A stretch of 64,000 nt of DNA. It comes from an uncultured Poribacteria bacterium (GTDB lineage Bacteria > Poribacteria > WGA-4E > WGA-3G). Of this stretch, positions 1 through 10,976 are shown one piece after another. Location: NCBI GenBank assembly GCA_951813565.1, contig OX638351.1, positions 3,968,001 to 4,032,000 on the forward strand, given 5' to 3'. Position 1 is the stretch's first letter, and the number at the start of each line of letters is the position of its first letter. The translations under genes were made by a program, and so were the position numbers. The notes below the pieces were generated by a model. That model worked only from the letters and a program-made list of their open reading frames with translations. It was not told the origin of the DNA and made no database searches.

Positions 1-73
1 CATGCTGCTCTGTTGATTCTCCCTTTAAACGAAAAACAGATTTGGAAAAATTTCATTTAAGTAGGATAATCCT

Positions 74-985
74 TTAGTTGCTCTCTAACGGCACAAAACC
101 GAGTTCCTCAACAATTTTTTGCCCTTTTGGAGAAAAAATCCAATCCAGATATGCTTTCGCTTCCCCCGAAGGTTCACCGAGAGAATACATATACAAAGGA
201 CGCGCAATTGGATAAGTTTTGGCAATAACGTTCTCAAGATTCGGTGCGTAGGACGGCTCATCAAGATCAGTTGCAACTTCTAACATCTTGACATGATCAG
301 TTGCATATCCCATACCGCTATAGCCGATAGCACAAGGTGTTCGTCCGATAACTTCCACTACATCTTTTGAGCCGTGTAAATCCAAAGAACCGAGTTCAAA
401 GTCCCGCGATTTACCAAGTAATGCTTCCCTAAAATAGAAGTAAGTCCCAGAGTTGGACTGACGGCTGATTCGGATTATTTTGTCACTTCGGCATCCAGAA
501 TTTGCAATCCGAAGATGCTCCCATTTAGTTATCTTTCCATCTTCACCATAAATTTCTGCAAGTTGCGGAATAGTAATCTTGTCCAAAGGATTTTCTTTGT
601 GAACATAAACAGCGAGTGCATCATATCCTACTATAAATTCAATCGGTTCTTTACCCGTATTTTCAATGGCTTGTTGCTTTTCCTTGTCTTTTACCTGTCG
701 GCTACAGTTTGCAATATCTACGGTGCCATTGATCAACGCGGCAACACCTGTTCCTGATCCACCGCCTGATACTTCAACAGACACAGTATCAGAAACACCA
801 GAATATGCTTCCGCCCAAGCCTGTGCCAAATTTACCATCGTATCAGATCCTTTATTCTTGATAATGGATTGGTTATTTGCTTGTTCTGTATCTTTATCAG
901 ATGAACCGTTAAGGACGACAAAGCCGTATACTGAAAAGACAAGTATACTTATGATAACATAACTTATCAAACTTCTTTTTTTCAT
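74..985 (-). CDS. pstS: Phosphate ABC transporter substrate-binding protein
   Basis: Motifs KGSDTM, GGGSGTG..AL..GTVDIANCSR, SRQSNSGT and YPIARPLYMY; N-terminal membrane anchor; likely start is the ATG at 985 (MKKRSL). Confidence 0.9.
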   Translation of the reverse strand: MKKRSLISYVIISILVFSVYGFVVLNGSSDKDTEQANNQSIIKNKGSDTMVNLAQAWAEAYSGVSDTVSVEVSGGGSGTGVAALINGTVDIANCSRQVKDKEKQQAIENTGKEPIEFIVGYDALAVYVHKENPLDKITIPQLAEIYGEDGKITKWEHLRIANSGCRSDKIIRISRQSNSGTYFYFREALLGKSRDFELGSLDLHGSKDVVEVIGRTPCAIGYSGMGYATDHVKMLEVATDLDEPSYAPNLENVIAKTYPIARPLYMYSLGEPSGEAKAYLDWIFSPKGQKIVEELGFVPLESN

Positions 986-1095
986 GAATCTACCCCTTTT
1001 TCTCAATCCTGTTCTACCTATTCTAATTATAACTCTCAATTGTTACAAAAATTAGACAAATTTGGGAATAGATTCTGTCATTTAATGAGATAGCT

Positions 1096-1209
1096 TATAG
1101 TGAAACCCACAATTACCTGGACATTGGCGAGGTTAGGAAACCTCGCCAGCGCGAGTGTGTGTGGATTGTTGTTCATTGAAATGTGAACATGTTTTCGGAT
1201 TTTACTATA
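1096..1209. repeat. 114-bp MITE-like element with TATAGT...ACTATA terminal inverted repeats and an internal TGGCGAGG..CCTCGCCA hairpin
   Basis: Closely similar inverted copy at 30217-30330. Confidence 0.75.
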
Positions 1210-1217
1210 AATCATTT

Positions 1218-3134
1218 CTACCGAATCGTTGTTAAATTGTCAATACTATCCAACAATTGATTGCTGTCGTTGTAAACTTCTAACCCGATTTTTTGCCCAT
1301 CAACCGAGAACAGGCAGAAATGCTTATCAATAGTGAACGCTTTTACCTTGTCCACCCACGGCACAGATTTGTCTTGAACATAATAAGGCGCACCGCAACC
1401 ACCGCTGATAATCTGCCATACAGGGAACTTAAAATCTGGATTGATTGTTGAATCTATCAAAGTTCGACTATAATTGTGTTCGTCTCCGCAAAGCACCGCT
1501 AACACTTTTGACTTGCTTGAGACGATTTTCCAAAACCTATTTCGCATATCAATCACATCACCCATTGGCACAGATTTATCGTTATAACCACCGAGTTCAC
1601 CACTGCCCGGAGTTCCCCAGTACATCGCATCTTTGACATGTCCACCGTTTGGAAATGGCGGTTCATGAAGAATAATGAACACCCAAGACACATTCAGGTC
1701 TTTTTGCGCAGCATCTAATTCTTTCTCAAGCCACTCCATCTGGTTTGGCATAACATATCCTTCTCTGTTGCCACCGAAATGCTTAAGGGCAAGATTTATT
1801 GCCGTTTTATCCTGCGATTTCTGACTGAACGTGCTTAAATTTCTATAACCCGTTGACCAATAATTTGAGTTCAGAGAGATAAAATGTACCCTGCTGTAAG
1901 TGAATGAGTAGACGTTTTCATCGTAAGAAGGTCCGACGTCAGCACCGCCCATATCAGCGCTGCCTTTCGTCTCAGGATTCGGCACGCCTAATCCGTAACG
2001 ACTACCGCGGGGATTGACAAATTCTTTTGCGAAAATCGCTTCAGCACTCTCTGGACCAACTGTGCCAGCAAATTGGATGTAGTATTCACCTTGTTTGAGA
2101 TGAGGCGCTTCAACTTTGTAATACTTTCCGACCTGCTCATGATTGCCAATTGATTCATAAAATGGAATATTCGCGCCGACTGCTTGGATCGTTCGCTTCC
2201 ATGTTTCAAGTTGCGATTCGAAATCTTTTATATCAGAGGTATAACCGTTGATTAGGTCACCGCCGAAACAGACAAAATCCGCATTTTTGTTATAGAGTTC
2301 TATAGAGAAACGCCCAAGGTCTTTGGCATTGACTCCATTCTGTGCGCGTTCTCCGCCGCCAACCCCCGCACGGGAATCTGACATAAAACCAAACTTAAAT
2401 GGCACTCTATTTCCAGGCGAAGGTGCTGTTTTGAAAGTATATGATGGCGTCCAGATACCGTAATTTACCTTATAGGAATAGACGGTGTCAGGTTTTAGTT
2501 TTGTGAGGCGGACTTCATGGCGGATGGCGGGATCCAAAGACAAAAATTCCCTATTTTGCGACAATACAGAACCTTTCGTAGGCGTATCGGTTTCCCAAGA
2601 GATAACTGCAGAATTATGGGTAACAAGATCAACAAATGGGCCTTCTGTCAAGGTAACAAGCGATGTGTAAGTGCCAGTTTTAGGTTCTCCATCCCTTTTA
2701 TAGCGCAAACGTCGGTCATAAGCGCGTGTTGTCTGGACACGCGAATCGAAAATCTCTATCCGGTAGACTATCGTGCCGCCGTTATTGGCAATCAAGCCAG
2801 TATCATAATGCACATCTTCAAGTTTGGAGATATCCATTTTGATTTGATGCCGTGTTTTGTTGTCTTCAATATGTGTTCCCTTTGCGACCTTACGGTAACG
2901 TGGTGTTGTCAAGTTGCCTTCTGTATGTGGAACGCCATAGTAAGCCACAGCTGCAGGGGTATCTATTAACGTCTCAAATTCTACAACCGCTGATGAACCT
3001 TCAAACCCCGTTACGATTGGTTCTTTTGCTAAAAGCATGTCTTCGCGGTAATCTATTGATGTGAAAGTTAATGTTTGTGCCGAAACTACTGTCGTAATTA
3101 AAAGCAGCCCGACGCATATTAAGAAATGTTTCAT
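1218..3134 (-). CDS. Secreted purple-acid-phosphatase-like metallophosphoesterase with FN3 domain
   Basis: Signal peptide; motifs SDSR, GGDL, GNHE, HEPP, GDEHNY; next to pstS. Confidence 0.8.
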   Translation of the reverse strand: MKHFLICVGLLLITTVVSAQTLTFTSIDYREDMLLAKEPIVTGFEGSSAVVEFETLIDTPAAVAYYGVPHTEGNLTTPRYRKVAKGTHIEDNKTRHQIKMDISKLEDVHYDTGLIANNGGTIVYRIEIFDSRVQTTRAYDRRLRYKRDGEPKTGTYTSLVTLTEGPFVDLVTHNSAVISWETDTPTKGSVLSQNREFLSLDPAIRHEVRLTKLKPDTVYSYKVNYGIWTPSYTFKTAPSPGNRVPFKFGFMSDSRAGVGGGERAQNGVNAKDLGRFSIELYNKNADFVCFGGDLINGYTSDIKDFESQLETWKRTIQAVGANIPFYESIGNHEQVGKYYKVEAPHLKQGEYYIQFAGTVGPESAEAIFAKEFVNPRGSRYGLGVPNPETKGSADMGGADVGPSYDENVYSFTYSRVHFISLNSNYWSTGYRNLSTFSQKSQDKTAINLALKHFGGNREGYVMPNQMEWLEKELDAAQKDLNVSWVFIILHEPPFPNGGHVKDAMYWGTPGSGELGGYNDKSVPMGDVIDMRNRFWKIVSSKSKVLAVLCGDEHNYSRTLIDSTINPDFKFPVWQIISGGCGAPYYVQDKSVPWVDKVKAFTIDKHFCLFSVDGQKIGLEVYNDSNQLLDSIDNLTTIR

Positions 3135-3315
3135 TTTGGTTTCCTTTCGTTTGATGTATATTATGATTTTACATGAATTCTCTGAATTATACCATTTTAT
3201 TTTTCTGAATCGCGGATTACGTTGATTTTGGCAAACCTACCCTCAAATTTATCAGAATTTAATTTAACAAAAATAGGTGAAAAACGTGAAATTTCGCAAA
3301 TTTCTTAAAATAAAT

Positions 3316-3344
3316 TTGACATTTCCCGAAATCTATGTTATAAT
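3316..3344 (+). promoter_or_regulatory. Consensus sigma70 promoter
   Basis: TTGACA-17 nt-TATAAT, with TG extended -10. Confidence 0.75.
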
Positions 3345-3598
3345 GCCTAACGTTAAGTCATATTTAATTTAGACGTGAAAAAGAGAAATCAAACGTCGCA
3401 ATCATGTTTTCTGATGATGGAGGTTTTATCAATGTGTAACCAATATTGAATAACCAAATTGTAAACACCACAATCCAGAAAGCGAAATCGTCTAAGCACT
3501 TGTCATCTATCCAAGTGCAATGCTTGTGGCATCATGTTAACTATCAGTTAATCCCCCCCCAGTTAAAATACGCTAATTTTTTCATATTACAAGGTCTT

Positions 3599-3628
3599 AT
3601 CGCAGGGTTTATATGCTGCGATTTTTTT
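3599..3628 (+). terminator. Putative intrinsic terminator
   Basis: ATCGCAG-loop-CTGCGAT stem followed by a T run. Confidence 0.5.
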
Positions 3629-3863
3629 ATGCCCGCACGTGCTTTGTTTCAAACAAAGTGTATCGTCGCGGGTTTTGTTGTTGCATTGCGCTATTTCAGC
3701 AATTGCAATGCAACTTTTTTGTTTGATAATAACATGAGAACATGGTATTGTACGCTATGTCTCCTGTTATTATTTTGTAATAGTAAGGTGTCAAAAGACA
3801 CTATATTTTATAACGAAAATGGACTGTGGGAAATACCTAACAGTCTACTGATAATAAAGGAGA

Positions 3864-4667
3864 TTGATAATGCGTTTTAAGAATTTGACGATAACTTTAA
3901 CTCTTATGTGCTTGTCTATTGTTGCGTTGGCAGGATTGGTTCTTCTACCGATTACCAATGGGATCTGTGATTGGACAGGAGGCGCAAGTTCTAAAAGCTA
4001 TTCCGAGTCACAACTAGACGACGATGAACAAGGATGGAATCTGAGTGCAAGTTTAAATGCAAGTGCTTCCTACGCCTCTGGCTCTGTTTCACCCTCCATT
4101 CATACTGCGGGGGTTTTTACTTCAGAAACGACATACAGTGGATATGCAAATTTGAGGGCATGGCGAAGTTCTGGCCAAAAATGGGATATAGTTTATTGTT
4201 CATATGGCAATGGTTGTGAAAATTATCATAATTGCCCAGGTCATCAGCAGGCAGTGGCTTTTGAATCTGCTGAAGATCCTGAATCTAAGGTCATTTACAC
4301 AACAGTGGACATGGTGACGGTAGTACATGTTTGGGGTGAAGAAAGACACTGGATCACAAAAAAAGGTACTGGCGTTAAAGCGGAAACGACTGTGGGTATT
4401 GATGAATTTTCATCGGTAACGGTAGGTGGAGAAACGTACACGTGGGAAGAAAATGGCGTGAAATACTATGCATATAGAAGTGAGTCGAGAACTAATCCCG
4501 ATTCAGGTCCTTCTGACGGGGCATCTGCCCAAGTAAAAAATTATCCGAGTGCGAATTGCGGTGCTGAGGTAACTTTCAATTTTGAACACCCCATTGGAGG
4601 TCAAGGCGACATCAGTACTACGAATTCAGTTTCCTATACAGGCGTTCCCTTACAAGGTAGCAACTGA
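3864..4667 (+). CDS. Secreted Ser/Thr/Gly-rich hypothetical protein
   Basis: AAGGAG RBS and signal peptide; 3' end overlaps the transposase remnant. Confidence 0.65.
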   Translation: MIMRFKNLTITLTLMCLSIVALAGLVLLPITNGICDWTGGASSKSYSESQLDDDEQGWNLSASLNASASYASGSVSPSIHTAGVFTSETTYSGYANLRAWRSSGQKWDIVYCSYGNGCENYHNCPGHQQAVAFESAEDPESKVIYTTVDMVTVVHVWGEERHWITKKGTGVKAETTVGIDEFSSVTVGGETYTWEENGVKYYAYRSESRTNPDSGPSDGASAQVKNYPSANCGAEVTFNFEHPIGGQGDISTTNSVSYTGVPLQGSN

Positions 4668-5394
4668 CGCTTAAGGTTTTTCTTCCGAAGTGGTTTGAAA
4701 GTAATCCTTACTTCCTTTAGCGCATCTTCAATACCATAGTTGCAATAAGCTTTGTCCGCATATACCACAGCACCGTGAGGCAGATCAAATGGAAAATATC
4801 GCATTCCTCTGACATCGTTCCACTTACCAGGGGTGAAGAAAACTTCAACAATATGTCCACTTTCGGTGACCATTAGATGCGCTTTGAGACCATAAAAGTG
4901 GCGGCGTTTACTTGCGATTGGACCACGCCATTCTTCACCTTGATAGAGGCGACACCGACTAATCCGAATGTTGTCACACAGTAACAGGATAGGTGTCAAT
5001 CGCGTAAATACCATTCGGATTATTGGATTTAGAGACTTCAGCGAAATACTCAAAAGTATTTGAAACAAATGAGGTATCCGATGAAATGGACGATTATATC
5101 GGGAGTGTCCCAACATATTCGGGATGTATCCGTGGATTTTCAGAACACAGCAAGCTCTTTGATGATTGCCGCCAAAATATTGTGCTGCGATAATCGCAGT
5201 TGTCATCACTTCAGTATCCGTCATTTGTGCTTGTGGATGTGTTTGATAACCGAGTGAAATTAAAAGATCGTCACAAATCGTGTAAACTGCTACAATGGTT
5301 AATTCCATGGGATTTCTCCTTCTGTTTTATTGATAGAAACATTATAGGGCAAATCCCATGGATTTAGAAGTATTTTATAGGTGGCAACTTAGGT
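4634..5394 (-). mobile_element. IS982-family transposase pseudogene (frameshifted, 3'-truncated)
   Basis: Motifs YTICDD, DTEVMT, FYGLKAHL, YADKAY; out-of-frame middle section; end-like sequence GGTGGCAACTTAGGT at 5380-5394. Confidence 0.75.
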
Positions 5395-5456
5395 TATTTA
5401 TGAAGAAATTCTGACGGCACCTCCTGGTTTCTGTCGGTAATACGATAAGGAGAATA

Positions 5457-7091
5457 TTGATGTCACGTAAATACATTTTCATTACGATTCCGCTTTCAGT
5501 GTTGTTGATCAGCGGTTTGTTTGTTTTCTACCGTCATTCGCGAGTTCCGAGCGAGATACCAGTTATTCCCACTACGGAGGCAGACGTCCTCTCTCCAGCA
5601 AACCGAGGATGGTCGGTGCAGCGTGGCCCACGTACCCACTTGCATCCGTTAGCTTCCGAGGCTAAACTTGCTGAGGCGAAGCAACAACCTGTCGAAACGT
5701 GGGAGGAATGGTTGGATGCAACAGTGGAAATCCTACTTGCCGAGGCGATCTTGTACGGGGAAATCAAAACGCCTTACCTCACTATGTCCTGGGTAGAAGA
5801 TAGCTCCGAGGAGGTAGCAGCATCCCGTGCTTGGCTCCGGGAATCGCTCACACGGTATAGAGAACGCCTTCAATCGCGACTGAAACCACCCCCTGAATAT
5901 CCAGGAGGCTTGCAATCTACCGTCCACTTAGACGACTATCAGGGACCTTATCCGCAGACTCCTGCTTCCCTGATCGCTGAATTTGATGCTGTCGACAAGA
6001 ACTCGAAAGCAGCAAACTTGGATGAACACTATCCGAAAGAAGCATGGCTCAAGACGCTCCTTGAGAAAGGCGCGTCCTTCAACAATTATAACGATTATCG
6101 TTTTTATCTCAAAATGCGGCAATCTCTCCTCCAGCAAAAAGAGAAACCCGAAGAGTGGATTTCTGGACAACATGGCATTCCGATCACCACCAACTTTGAA
6201 GAATATTCGGACGGTTTCATTGAGAGAAAGATCTGGGAATACAACACCGTTCAAAAGGTGCGCGAAGAAAACCCTGGTAAATCATCAACGGTTTTCTTTG
6301 ATTCCAACGACCCAGATAAATATTTCCCTAGAGTGGGAAAAATGACTTATGTTAACATAGGTGAAGGCCGCGAACGCATGAGTACGTTTGGAACTCTGTT
6401 GACAGAAGAACAGAGGAAGGATATCTTTGAAAACAATATTGAACCCAAGAATATAGAGATTGTCTATCTTGATGACGAAAACAACGTCATCTATGAGTCG
6501 CCACCTCTTGTTGACGAACGGCAACGTGATTTAGAAAACGTGATTTCGTTTGATGGAATCAAAGTCACACCGGAAAACTATGAACGTCTAATCGGGCGGT
6601 CAGCGCCGGAAAAGTGGCTTGAGTTTTATGAGATAGAACAAGCCAGCAAAACGCAAGACACTGCGCCTGCTCCAGAACTTGAAGTGATGCGTGAGGCCGC
6701 GCGCGAAGCCGCAGCCGCCGCACAGGAGGCTGCAAAAGCCGAATTTGAGAAGTTTCAAAACAACATGCGCAATCTGGCAGAGTTTGCAACCATGTCGGAT
6801 GCGGAAATAGAGAAGGCACTTGAGAGGCAATTTCGGCGGCAATTTCTGCCGGAACATCCGGCGGAACAGTTCACACCCGAACGTCTTGAAGAGGCATTAG
6901 GCACACTGTTTCAACACGGATTTGAGGAAGGATTTCGCAGGGTACGACGGGATAGTCCCGCACTCGCTGAACAGTTAGAACGGCACTTTGGACAGGGACA
7001 GAAACCGCCACCTGCCATGCAGAAGAAACCGCAAAGACCCGCTCCGCCAAAGCCACCAGAAACAGCACCGCCTGAAACTGAAGCGCCTTAA
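5457..7091 (+). CDS. Membrane-anchored hypothetical protein with Pro-rich C-terminus
   Basis: 544-aa ORF with RBS and N-terminal TM; shares a motif with the 7174 ORF. Confidence 0.7.
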   Translation: MMSRKYIFITIPLSVLLISGLFVFYRHSRVPSEIPVIPTTEADVLSPANRGWSVQRGPRTHLHPLASEAKLAEAKQQPVETWEEWLDATVEILLAEAILYGEIKTPYLTMSWVEDSSEEVAASRAWLRESLTRYRERLQSRLKPPPEYPGGLQSTVHLDDYQGPYPQTPASLIAEFDAVDKNSKAANLDEHYPKEAWLKTLLEKGASFNNYNDYRFYLKMRQSLLQQKEKPEEWISGQHGIPITTNFEEYSDGFIERKIWEYNTVQKVREENPGKSSTVFFDSNDPDKYFPRVGKMTYVNIGEGRERMSTFGTLLTEEQRKDIFENNIEPKNIEIVYLDDENNVIYESPPLVDERQRDLENVISFDGIKVTPENYERLIGRSAPEKWLEFYEIEQASKTQDTAPAPELEVMREAAREAAAAAQEAAKAEFEKFQNNMRNLAEFATMSDAEIEKALERQFRRQFLPEHPAEQFTPERLEEALGTLFQHGFEEGFRRVRRDSPALAEQLERHFGQGQKPPPAMQKKPQRPAPPKPPETAPPETEAP

Positions 7092-7173
7092 GGTAGTAGG
7101 CACACGCCGTGTGCCGTAACTAAAAGCGGTGAACACGCCAGATTGATAGAGAATCTGCTTATGGTGCTTTCCA

Positions 7174-7779
7174 ATGAAAAAACAGATATTTTTGATTATC
7201 ATAGCACTTTTCATCGTTGCTGCTGCGGTGTCCTTGTATCTTCCCGCGACCTCTGTGAACGTTACCGACTCCAGTCGCAGCACGCCTGAATTACCTGCCG
7301 CGGAAAAATTCCGGTGGGCGCAGCATTGGGATGAACTTAACCTCGCCGCAATCAAAAGAGACTATCAACTGTACACCGTAGCTGAAATGCAAGAAATGTG
7401 GGAGGCAAAACTGATCGCGAAATATGGTGGTGCTGAAAGACTTAAGCAGGCGATAGGTGAAGCGGATCATGTTTATCCACAGAACACTTACCTTGCACGC
7501 ATGCTTGAATTGGGCAGACCTTTTGTTGATTTTTCGGACTATGAAGATGCCCTTACAGATCAACGGATACGGTTGTTTTCTACGTGGATGTACTGGAATA
7601 CCATGAGTACAACAGAAAAGTTCGCGTATCTTGAGCGTCGCGGGTTATCCCCAGATACAGCATGGGAAGCGTACGAGAAAGTGCTACTAAAAAATGACGT
7701 TGTGGACAGTATCAATTTTAGGCGTTCAAAAGAACTTGATCCTTACATGAAGGGATACCGTCAAAGTGTTGAGGAATAA
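7174..7779 (+). CDS. Membrane-anchored hypothetical protein, partial paralog of the upstream gene
   Basis: DHVYPQNTYLARMLELG...FSDY resembles DEHYPKEAWLKTLLEKG...YNDY in the 5457 ORF. Confidence 0.7.
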   Translation: MKKQIFLIIIALFIVAAAVSLYLPATSVNVTDSSRSTPELPAAEKFRWAQHWDELNLAAIKRDYQLYTVAEMQEMWEAKLIAKYGGAERLKQAIGEADHVYPQNTYLARMLELGRPFVDFSDYEDALTDQRIRLFSTWMYWNTMSTTEKFAYLERRGLSPDTAWEAYEKVLLKNDVVDSINFRRSKELDPYMKGYRQSVEE

Positions 7780-10299
7780 ATGAAACCGGACACTATTGTT
7801 AAACACGTCGGGGCCGCTGCACTGCTCCTAATCCTTCTATTTGTGGGCAGCAGGATCCGTTTGCAAGGTCTTTCCAACATTCCTACCGGCCAGTTTGCTT
7901 CTAACGACGCATTTCTCTTTTACGCGCAAGCGAGGACAATTGTCAAGGACGGAACGTTACCAGAAGTCGAGATGCACCGCTGGGTGCCGCTCGGCAGAGA
8001 TTTAAGTGAGACACTGCACGGTTACCCTTACGCTATTGCTTACGCGTCCAAGTTAATAAGATTCTTTTTTCCAAACGTCACGGTCTATCAGGTGCAGCTT
8101 CTTGCTCCAACTTTCTGCTTTCTCCTCGGCATGGTAGTACTATGCCTTTTTCTTTATATCCGTTTTGGCTTTGGTGTAGCAGCCATTGTTGGTACGCTTC
8201 TAATTATCATGCCCGGCAGTATTGAACGGAGTGCCGCAGGATTCAGCGATAGGGATGCATGGTGCTGGATGCTCGGCACCCTCGCCGTAACAACCTATCT
8301 GTGGAAGGAAGACATAACAAGTAAACGGTTCCGATACATCTGCACAGCCCTGTCCGGCTTTTTTGTGTTCCTTGGGGGGCTAAGTTGGGAAGGTTTCGGA
8401 GGCTTTGTCCTCGCGATTGTGGCGGTGGAACTCTGGCGTTTTCTTACAACGGATGCTGAAGAACGTATGTGGGAGTATGTGTTGTGGGTGCTGATGTTTG
8501 TTCCGTCACTCTACCTTCTTTCACCAGCTTATCACCGTGGCGGAGGTTTTACCAGCCACGTAGCAGCGTTTCTGCTGTTTCCACCGCTCGTCATGCTGTT
8601 GCTCCGCACGTTTCGGTCCTTTCTTACTCGTGGGCATCATTCGGTTTCTAAGTTTATCTCGGAACAGATTTCTGCCCGCGCTGTCTCACTCGTTTTTTGT
8701 GCGGTGTGTCTCCTAATTGGCATCGCGTACCTTGCACTGCAACGTGAAACGTTTGCGCAGAGTATTGTGCCTTTTAGCGGTGCCTCGGTGATGGAAGGTG
8801 TGGGTGAACTAAAATCACCACAGGATATCTTCTGGTACGGTCGTTATGGACATGTACTGCTTATTGCAAGTCTTTGTCTCATTGTGGGCTGCATCAGAAT
8901 CTGGGGTGCGAAAGCACTGCTCCTCGCTTTCACGGTTTCACTGTTCACGGCTGCAACCTTTCTCCGACAGTATTTATACTATACGTTGTCCCCCGTCATC
9001 TGTGAATATCTTTTCTACGGTGCAGTAGCGTTCACGCTGATCGCTGCGTTGGGCGTCGCTGCGCTTCGTCTTGAACCGGTCAAACATGAATATATCTATG
9101 TCGCTTTGGGATTTTGGCTGCTCCTTTGGCTTGGGCTTGCACGCGATGCGCTCCGCTACGATTTCTTTATCGGCGTGCCGCTCGCTTGTTTTGCAGCAAT
9201 AGGTGTCCAATTCACCACAACACGGCTCTGTCAACACATCGCAAGAATCAGAGAAGAGAAAAGCATGAAAGAAAACACGGCACAATCAAGTAACAAAGAA
9301 GCAGGAACGAATGGAAAGAAGCGCAACGTAGTCCCCGCATTGACACAAGTTGGTATAACCCTCGCTTGTCTGGCACTTGTTCTTTTTTGGGAACTACCCA
9401 GTAATAAGCCATTTCCAGGGCTTGCTCAAAGAGGATATGCAACGCAGATAGAACCTGAACATGTATTCCCCGGCAAAAATACTCCTATGGCAAACACATG
9501 TCAATGGATCAAAGAACATCTTTCAACAGAAAAGGTTGTTGCGGCCCCTTGGAGTTACGGTCACATGCTTAACGTGCTTGGCGGCGTCAAAACCGTCATT
9601 GACCCGGATCACTTCATTGTGCATTGGATAGACCTTTATGAAGAACACGTTTCTGCTGCAACATCCGAACAGGAGGCATTAGAATTTCTGAAAACACACC
9701 ATGTGACCCATCTGCTTATCAGCGAAGAGGATGTTTTCTACATTGCATCGCGACATGCACATTTCAATGAACTGCCTGAGCATCCACTTTATATGGCGCC
9801 TTTGATCTCTCGAGCGTCCATCGGCAGCGCACATTATCGCATGGTGCCAGCACACAAAAACACACTTATCGACTTTGTTGAGATTGATTTCCATCACGAT
9901 CCTGCTACTGTCACCGCCCGCCTCAAAGACGGTAGAACGGTTAAACTTCCGTATATCAAATATGATGGCAGCGTCCAACCATCTTGGACTGACCATGCTC
10001 ATAACCACCAAACGGAACATGACCACACAGAAGAATCCAACAACGAAAACGGTGGCATCCTCCACCTATTTGACTCAAAAACGCAGCGGGAGGTCATTCA
10101 CTACCTTTCGCCACGCAGTTGGAACAGTCTCGCAGTCAAATTATTCTTTCGAGACGAACACAGTAAGGCGTTCGTCCATGTTTATCCGGAACAGGATACC
10201 GCATCTGCTAAAGTCAAAATCTGGAAGATTAACTACCCATCCGACATAGAAGAAAATCCCAAATACCTCGCCAAGTCCGCGGAAAAAAAAGGAAAATGA
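7780..10299 (+). CDS. STT3/AglB/PglB-like (GT-C) oligosaccharyltransferase-like membrane protein
   Basis: Many TM helices; ND(AF) motif, RSAAGFSDRD, and a variant WWDYG motif (PWSYGH) in the C-terminal soluble domain. Confidence 0.7.
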   Translation: MKPDTIVKHVGAAALLLILLFVGSRIRLQGLSNIPTGQFASNDAFLFYAQARTIVKDGTLPEVEMHRWVPLGRDLSETLHGYPYAIAYASKLIRFFFPNVTVYQVQLLAPTFCFLLGMVVLCLFLYIRFGFGVAAIVGTLLIIMPGSIERSAAGFSDRDAWCWMLGTLAVTTYLWKEDITSKRFRYICTALSGFFVFLGGLSWEGFGGFVLAIVAVELWRFLTTDAEERMWEYVLWVLMFVPSLYLLSPAYHRGGGFTSHVAAFLLFPPLVMLLLRTFRSFLTRGHHSVSKFISEQISARAVSLVFCAVCLLIGIAYLALQRETFAQSIVPFSGASVMEGVGELKSPQDIFWYGRYGHVLLIASLCLIVGCIRIWGAKALLLAFTVSLFTAATFLRQYLYYTLSPVICEYLFYGAVAFTLIAALGVAALRLEPVKHEYIYVALGFWLLLWLGLARDALRYDFFIGVPLACFAAIGVQFTTTRLCQHIARIREEKSMKENTAQSSNKEAGTNGKKRNVVPALTQVGITLACLALVLFWELPSNKPFPGLAQRGYATQIEPEHVFPGKNTPMANTCQWIKEHLSTEKVVAAPWSYGHMLNVLGGVKTVIDPDHFIVHWIDLYEEHVSAATSEQEALEFLKTHHVTHLLISEEDVFYIASRHAHFNELPEHPLYMAPLISRASIGSAHYRMVPAHKNTLIDFVEIDFHHDPATVTARLKDGRTVKLPYIKYDGSVQPSWTDHAHNHQTEHDHTEESNNENGGILHLFDSKTQREVIHYLSPRSWNSLAVKLFFRDEHSKAFVHVYPEQDTASAKVKIWKINYPSDIEENPKYLAKSAEKKGK

Positions 10300-10811
10300 A
10301 ACGTATTTTGAAACGCGTTTGTATCTTTGGTTCCGTACTTCTCTGCTGCCTTGCTCTCACGCACGCGACGCTGCACCGTTTTCAGAAGCCAATTCCTAAA
10401 AAAGTATATGTAGCACCCAAAATTGAACACAAAAAATCTGTCCAGAGAAATGAAAAGCTGTACGCACACCTTAAACCGAAACCCGTTGACCAAAAGGCAC
10501 TCTTTCTTCAGACAATTATTGACAATAACCTTTTTGCACCTCTTGGCTGGAAACCGAAAAAGCCTACTCCCATCTATCGCCTTATCGGCACACATATCCC
10601 GATAGGCAAGGAGATAGAGGCGACCGCTATCTTACAAGAGACAACGCAAGATGCAACTACCCGTGTTGTCTCCATTGGCACAAAACTTGGCGAAGACACT
10701 GTTGTTGCTGACATCCAACCGAAACAGGTGATACTCAAGAAAGGGAGGTTACGGATACCTCTTCGACTTGCCACACCCCAATTCCTAAAGCCATCCCGAA
10801 CGCGTAGATAG
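10296..10811 (+). CDS. Hypothetical protein, GspC-like (N-terminal TM plus beta domain)
   Basis: NNLFAPLGW, YRLIGT, 'V..IQPKQVIL' pattern; overlaps the upstream stop. Confidence 0.5.
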   Translation: MKRILKRVCIFGSVLLCCLALTHATLHRFQKPIPKKVYVAPKIEHKKSVQRNEKLYAHLKPKPVDQKALFLQTIIDNNLFAPLGWKPKKPTPIYRLIGTHIPIGKEIEATAILQETTQDATTRVVSIGTKLGEDTVVADIQPKQVILKKGRLRIPLRLATPQFLKPSRTRR

Positions 10812-10976
10812 TACCAAAAAACAGATTTCCACAGTCACATTTTACTATAAACGAATTCCATAACTGAAAACTGAATGTCTCTTCAATTCCAATTTGCTTT
10901 GAATACAAAACATGATTATGATAAAATGTTGGTTAAAGCGTACTATTCTAACGCCTTATTTTTTAGGAGTATTACA

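Noticed and set aside
1040..1063. Possible Pho box upstream of pstS (11-bp-spaced TTGT repeats on the minus strand)
   Set aside because: Weak match in AT-rich DNA.
3446..3880. 144-aa ORF in the leader region
   Set aside because: No RBS, atypical composition, and it overlaps hairpins; probably spurious.
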